A program made the position numbers and the translations under genes. From an uncultured virus (IMG/VR IMGVR_UViG_3300045945_000056) (lineage: Duplodnaviria > Heunggongvirae > Uroviricota > Caudoviricetes), in IMG/VR virus record IMGVR_UViG_3300045945_000056: 20,000 nt of DNA; one strand, given 5' to 3'. Below the pieces are notes generated by a model. The model saw nothing but the letters and a program-made list of their open reading frames with translations, was not told where the DNA came from and ran no database searches. Positions 15,686 through 20,000 of the stretch are shown here, piece after piece. Numbering within the stretch: the first letter of the stretch is position 1; the number at the start of each line of letters is the position of its first letter.

Positions 15686-16852
15686 ATGGCCGAGAATAAT
15701 CCAGAGCGTGACGTAACATTTAATTGTAATATAGATGAGCCGAATCGTTGGATCGTTTTAGAATTCGAAGTTCGCGGCGGACCATTAAATGTAGTTTTAT
15801 TCCCGGCATCAATTCGACTTTTATTAAGACTTCAAGGTACAACGTCGATTGGAATTCCGATTAGAACTGACACTCAAATCTTTCTAGCTTTTCAGCTAAA
15901 AGGAGAATTTGTAATTGAATCGGCTCGTAGAAACTGGGTAGGATGGAGTAAAATTGGCAGCGCTAGTTTTGTACTTGATCGAACTAATGACGCTGGTTTT
16001 AGGCCGATGGATTGGCGGGGATATGTATTAGCGTTAAAGCAATTACAAAATTCGGCTGTTGTGTATGGTACTAGTGGTGTTACACGAATGTCGCCTAGTG
16101 GAATAGCATTTGCATTTAGGAATATATTACCAATAGGAATAAAGAGTAAAGATAGTGTATGTGGTTCGCTTGCCATACACTATTTCATTGATCGAAATGA
16201 TCAATTTTGGTCATTAACAGATCAAGATTTAAATTTTCTTGGATATCAGGAATACTTAACTACACTCCAAAACCCAATTTTGTATTATGACGAGTATTTA
16301 ACGCGGGTAATTATTTCCGATGCGCGGGGTGGGTTTATTTATACTGCAAATGGTATGGGTGGCGGATACGGTAATTTAAGTGCGTATTGTTATTTAGAGG
16401 GAATATTAGTTACACAATCACCAGGTACAATTTTGCAAACTCCATTAGAGTTTGTTACGGATATTATTGATTTTGGCCGACGTGGACAAAAAACTTTGGA
16501 GAGCGTACATGTTGGGACTGATACAGATCAAAGATTGTTTTTGTCTTACGACTACAGATTTTCTAAAAGTTCCAATTTTGTTTCTACCCCTTGGGTTATT
16601 GTTAATCCTAGTGGTGTGGGATTCCTTAAATGTGCTGGCGAAGAATTTCGGATTAAAGTCCGTAGTTTTTATCTTACTGAATTTCAAATTGATTATATTA
16701 ACATTAATTATAAAACTACGGACCAAAGATTTAGCCGAAGTGCGCTAGTACCAATTGCACAGGGTGCTTTCGCAGGAGATTTACGAAGTGATAATACAGC
16801 TTCAGCCGGAACAATTGGTCGACGTATGGCCCGCAATCCAGGTAGGCGTTGA
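15686..16852 (+). CDS. Virion protein resembling the C-terminal part of a nozzle/head-closure (P22 gp10-like) protein
   Basis: VGWSKIG, VLALKQL..SAVVYG, GIKSKDSV..HYFID blades and a terminal beta-sandwich (IDFG...K, GEEFRIKV); AAGGA SD. Confidence 0.6.
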   Translation: MAENNPERDVTFNCNIDEPNRWIVLEFEVRGGPLNVVLFPASIRLLLRLQGTTSIGIPIRTDTQIFLAFQLKGEFVIESARRNWVGWSKIGSASFVLDRTNDAGFRPMDWRGYVLALKQLQNSAVVYGTSGVTRMSPSGIAFAFRNILPIGIKSKDSVCGSLAIHYFIDRNDQFWSLTDQDLNFLGYQEYLTTLQNPILYYDEYLTRVIISDARGGFIYTANGMGGGYGNLSAYCYLEGILVTQSPGTILQTPLEFVTDIIDFGRRGQKTLESVHVGTDTDQRLFLSYDYRFSKSSNFVSTPWVIVNPSGVGFLKCAGEEFRIKVRSFYLTEFQIDYININYKTTDQRFSRSALVPIAQGAFAGDLRSDNTASAGTIGRRMARNPGRR

Positions 16853-17219
16853 ACAAGTTGGGCGTATTATATCTGTTAATAGCGGATATATGCCTAATGT
16901 GTTGGTCTCTTTGCTTAGCGGAAAATTTCAGTTATGGGCGGCGTTGAATGAACAGAGAGAAACTTATGGATTTATAATAACCTGTGTTAGTCAAGATACG
17001 CTTACGAAAGAAGAATATCTAATAATAGAAATGGTGTATGGTTTTAGAAAGAGCAATGATGAAATTGTCTTTGAGACATGGGAATGTCTTAAAGAATTTG
17101 CTTTAGCGCAGGGATGTGAATATATTAAAGCAAATACGAACGTAGCCCGCGCCGCGGAATTATTAGAACGTGTTGGTTTTGTAGAAACGAGCAGGACTTT
17201 CATTGCGAGGATAAAGTAA
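16788..17219 (+). CDS. GNAT-like fold protein (143 aa)
   Basis: GTG 16788 with AGGAG at 16774-16778; LKEFALAQGCEYI...LLERVGF motif; occupies the pre-ejection-protein position typical of podoviruses. Confidence 0.65.
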   Translation: MIIQLQPEQLVDVWPAIQVGVEQVGRIISVNSGYMPNVLVSLLSGKFQLWAALNEQRETYGFIITCVSQDTLTKEEYLIIEMVYGFRKSNDEIVFETWECLKEFALAQGCEYIKANTNVARAAELLERVGFVETSRTFIARIK

Positions 17220-18097
17220 TGGGCGGTGGTGGTGAAATGACTGTACGATATGCGCCATATTTAGAAAAGACTCATCGGATGCTTACTGGTGTAGATGTTG
17301 TACCACCAGTGTTTACTATGAATCAGGCGCTTAACCAAGCTTTTTTTAATTCGCCTTATGCAACTGGTAACGTATTTGAGAGAATTACGCCCGAGCGTGG
17401 ATTTTTTGGTAATATTGCAGGCGAGCCTTCACAATTTTATAGAATAGAGGACTTTCCTTCGTTATGGGATATGTTTGGTAAATTTATGGGTGGATTAGAT
17501 TTACATATGTTATGGGGAGATGTATATGAAGATGTAGTACACGGACCAGAAGTAGCTAACAGTATAGCCGCGCACTCAGCACTGCTACGAGATGAAATTG
17601 ACTCGCGGGTGCTGCCACAATTTCTTATTGGTATGCGAGATATTAATGCTGTACAGGCAACTACATTTGTAATAGGGAAAAGCATCATTTATGACGCGCA
17701 TGTAAAATCGGTGAATGAATTTGCTGGAAATTTGCGTATTGCTTCATTAGATTTGTCGTACAAAATTTGGTTTAAACATCTAGATTGGTCAGCAAGTGTA
17801 GTTGGGGTATATAATGAACTATTTAAATCGTATTATTCAACCAAATTTGATAACGACGCACGACAATTGGAATATGAATCTAAACATAGACTTTGGGATT
17901 TAGGATTGTTCGAATATGCACGGGCATTTACCGGGGCATTAAATGGTGCTGCAGCGACAGTAGGACGTAATGAGCCTTCACAGTTACAGAAAAGTTTGGG
18001 TGGTGTGTTAAGTGGCGCAGCGGCAGGTGCTAGTATAGGCGGTCCATATGGAGCTGCGGCTGGTGCTGTGCTAGGCTTAGCGGGAAGTTTTATGTAA
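17219..18097 (+). CDS. Probable internal virion/ejection protein (292 aa)
   Basis: MGGGG N-terminus and Gly/Ala-rich hydrophobic C-terminus (GAAAGASIGGPYGAAAGAVLG); TAATG coupling to the upstream gene. Confidence 0.6.
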   Translation: MGGGGEMTVRYAPYLEKTHRMLTGVDVVPPVFTMNQALNQAFFNSPYATGNVFERITPERGFFGNIAGEPSQFYRIEDFPSLWDMFGKFMGGLDLHMLWGDVYEDVVHGPEVANSIAAHSALLRDEIDSRVLPQFLIGMRDINAVQATTFVIGKSIIYDAHVKSVNEFAGNLRIASLDLSYKIWFKHLDWSASVVGVYNELFKSYYSTKFDNDARQLEYESKHRLWDLGLFEYARAFTGALNGAAATVGRNEPSQLQKSLGGVLSGAAAGASIGGPYGAAAGAVLGLAGSFM

Positions 18098-18116
18098 TTA
18101 AAATTTTAACACTGGA
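18095..18116 (+). promoter_or_regulatory. 22-bp intergenic motif, copy 9
   Basis: TAATTAAAATTTTAACACTGGA; 21/22 identical to copy 8; begins at the TAA stop. Confidence 0.75.
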
Positions 18117-18124
18117 ATAAAGTT

Positions 18125-20000
18125 ATGCAAATAGTAGTCCAACCTACGCCGGTTTCTGGTGAACGTATAGATGACCAAGTGGCTGAATTGCTCCAAGCTG
18201 GAGTTAACATTAGTATTGATTACGATGATACCGCAAATACATTAACTATTGCTAGTCCAGGTTCGTTAACAGGTGAATGGGTTTACCGCAACATAGATAT
18301 AATGGTTGATCCTGGTGCAGGTAATTTTCGTATAAATGCAGCAAGTTTTGCACTTACAACGTCCTTCGCTATATCTATAACGACAGATGGTGGCGTGAAT
18401 GCTGGTAACGTTTTAGGTGCAATTCAAGTTGGAGATAGTCTGTACATACAGGAAAAGGTTGACTCTGCAATTTGGGCACGTTATACAATTGATAGCATTG
18501 TAAACAACACTAGTTGGTACTTATTTGCGGTAACTTATGTTACTGGCGGTACTGGGATGATATCCAATGCTTTCGCCGCTATAATACAGTTTGGTTCTGG
18601 TGGCGGTGGCGGCGGTACTGGATATACCGACGAGCAGGCACAAGATGCGGTGGGATTAATATTAGTGGATAGTTCTACTATTGATTTTACTTATAATGAC
18701 GCCGGACCTTCAATTACCGCAAACTTGCTAACTGGCTCAGTAACTGAAACGCATATTCAGTTAAGTGATAGTACTGCTGATAATGCGGATACAACTAAGC
18801 ATGGATTTTTGCCTAAACTAAGTGGCAATATGACGCAGGTTCTGACTGGTGCTGGAACATGGGTAACTCCTAGTGGGGACGCGCCTAACAATGCTGAATA
18901 TATAACGGGTTCAACTAACGCAATACTTACCGCTGAAAGAGTGCTTACTGATACCGCCACAATTGCATGGGACAAAGCTACTGCTGGACAGATGAAAGCT
19001 AATTTACTAAGTGGTTCAGTCACGGAAACGCATATTCAACTCAGTGATTTAACTGCGGACAATGCCAGCACCTTGCAGCATGGCTTTTTACCAAAACTCT
19101 CTGGCGCGGCTACGCAGTATTTAGATGGCACTGGCGCGTGGACGATTCCACCAGGCGGCGTGACGGACTTTCTTGGCTTAAGTGATACGCCCAATAGCTA
19201 CGCCAGTAATGCCAACAGTATGGTCCGCGTCAATCCTGGCGCGACGGCGTTGGAATTTATCGCGCCGAGTAATAGCACGACGACGACGATAACAACATCG
19301 CTGTCTTGGATAGCATTAAACTCAGGCAGCGGGGCAGCAGCAGATGCGTATTGGTGGGTTGATGCGCTCCCCATTCAGCATGGATGTTATTGGCAAGTCC
19401 CATCAAATTATGCTGGAGGTGATGTAACGTTTCATTTTAAGCGTCGTAGTAGTGTGACAGGAACCGCGACAATGTACTGCGAAGGATTCCGGCACCGGAA
19501 TAACGCTTCCCCTTTAGGGGTGTTAGGACCGATTCAATACAATTTTACTGCCTCGGATAACCTTATTTACGAAGACACTGTTGTATTAGCGTCTGGAAAT
19601 GTTCAAGTTGGAGATACGGTAAAATTTAATCTCATTCGAGATGGCGGAAATGCTAGCGATACAAAAACTGGACACGTCTATAACGATGGCATGGCCGTGA
19701 CCTACACCGCCTACGTTGGCGCCTCGTTTGGTTATCCCACGCTGCTCTCTTTAAGCGATACCCCTGATACTTACACTGGTAACGCCAGCAAAGTCCTGCG
19801 TGTCAATGCGGCGGCGAATGCGACGGAGTTTGGCGATGCGCTCGGCACCATGGCCACGCAACACGCCAATGCGGTGGCGATTACGGGCGGAAGCGTCGCG
19901 CTTGGCGGTGCAACTAGTGGCTTGGCACAGTTGGTGCTTAGTAGTAACCAGGGCAACTCAGATAATCCTTTGGCTTGGACAGCACAGCGCGTATATCCGC
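18125..20000 (+). CDS. Tail fibre / receptor-binding protein, partial (>625 aa, runs off the right edge)
   Basis: Frame open from ATG 18125 (MQIVVQPTPVSGERIDDQVAELL...) to the window end; poly-Gly linker; HGFLPKL, LSDTP..Y and LGTMATQ.ANAVAITGG fibre-type motifs. Absent from the ORF track because there is no stop in the window. Confidence 0.85.
   Translation, partial: MQIVVQPTPVSGERIDDQVAELLQAGVNISIDYDDTANTLTIASPGSLTGEWVYRNIDIMVDPGAGNFRINAASFALTTSFAISITTDGGVNAGNVLGAIQVGDSLYIQEKVDSAIWARYTIDSIVNNTSWYLFAVTYVTGGTGMISNAFAAIIQFGSGGGGGGTGYTDEQAQDAVGLILVDSSTIDFTYNDAGPSITANLLTGSVTETHIQLSDSTADNADTTKHGFLPKLSGNMTQVLTGAGTWVTPSGDAPNNAEYITGSTNAILTAERVLTDTATIAWDKATAGQMKANLLSGSVTETHIQLSDLTADNASTLQHGFLPKLSGAATQYLDGTGAWTIPPGGVTDFLGLSDTPNSYASNANSMVRVNPGATALEFIAPSNSTTTTITTSLSWIALNSGSGAAADAYWWVDALPIQHGCYWQVPSNYAGGDVTFHFKRRSSVTGTATMYCEGFRHRNNASPLGVLGPIQYNFTASDNLIYEDTVVLASGNVQVGDTVKFNLIRDGGNASDTKTGHVYNDGMAVTYTAYVGASFGYPTLLSLSDTPDTYTGNASKVLRVNAAANATEFGDALGTMATQHANAVAITGGSVALGGATSGLAQLVLSSNQGNSDNPLAWTAQRVYP

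Noticed and set aside
1239..19956. Numerous antisense and alternate-frame ORFs in the track (e.g. 1239..1706 -, 3693..4196 -, 5633..5977 +, 11250..11474 -, 18757..19023 -)
   Set aside because: They are shadows of well-supported + strand genes or of the long hairpin and have no recognisable motifs.
1..20000. CRISPR array, tRNA genes, integrase/att site, DGR or retron reverse transcriptase
   Set aside because: No regularly spaced repeats, cloverleaf, recombinase or RT motifs were seen. The 22-bp motif is dispersed rather than arrayed, and the tail-fibre repeats do not differ specifically at adenines as a TR/VR pair would.

Overview
This window is the packaging and morphogenesis module of a tailed dsDNA phage or prophage with P22/SU10-like (podovirus-type) gene order. 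Three small leftward ORFs and a divergent pair of sigma70-like promoters come first. A rightward operon follows: probable TerS, several small ORFs (one resembling Acb2/Tad1-type anti-defence sponges), TerL, portal, scaffold, major capsid protein, adaptor, an apparently split nozzle/head-closure protein, an RCC1/BNR-repeat protein, a GNAT-like protein, an ejection-like protein and a tail-fibre gene running off the right edge. Main observations: (1) the capsid gene is split after codon 7 by an 885-nt group I intron (8145-9029) encoding a LAGLIDADG endonuclease whose stop codon lies in exon 2; (2) a ~190-nt rod-like hairpin with a possible internal pseudoknot (11344-11531) is a candidate ncRNA; (3) a 22-bp asymmetric motif occurs 9 times at gene boundaries in both orientations; (4) there are two families of small duplicated hairpins, one with a compensatory base-pair swap. 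All protein assignments come from motifs and gene order read by eye; no database searches were run.
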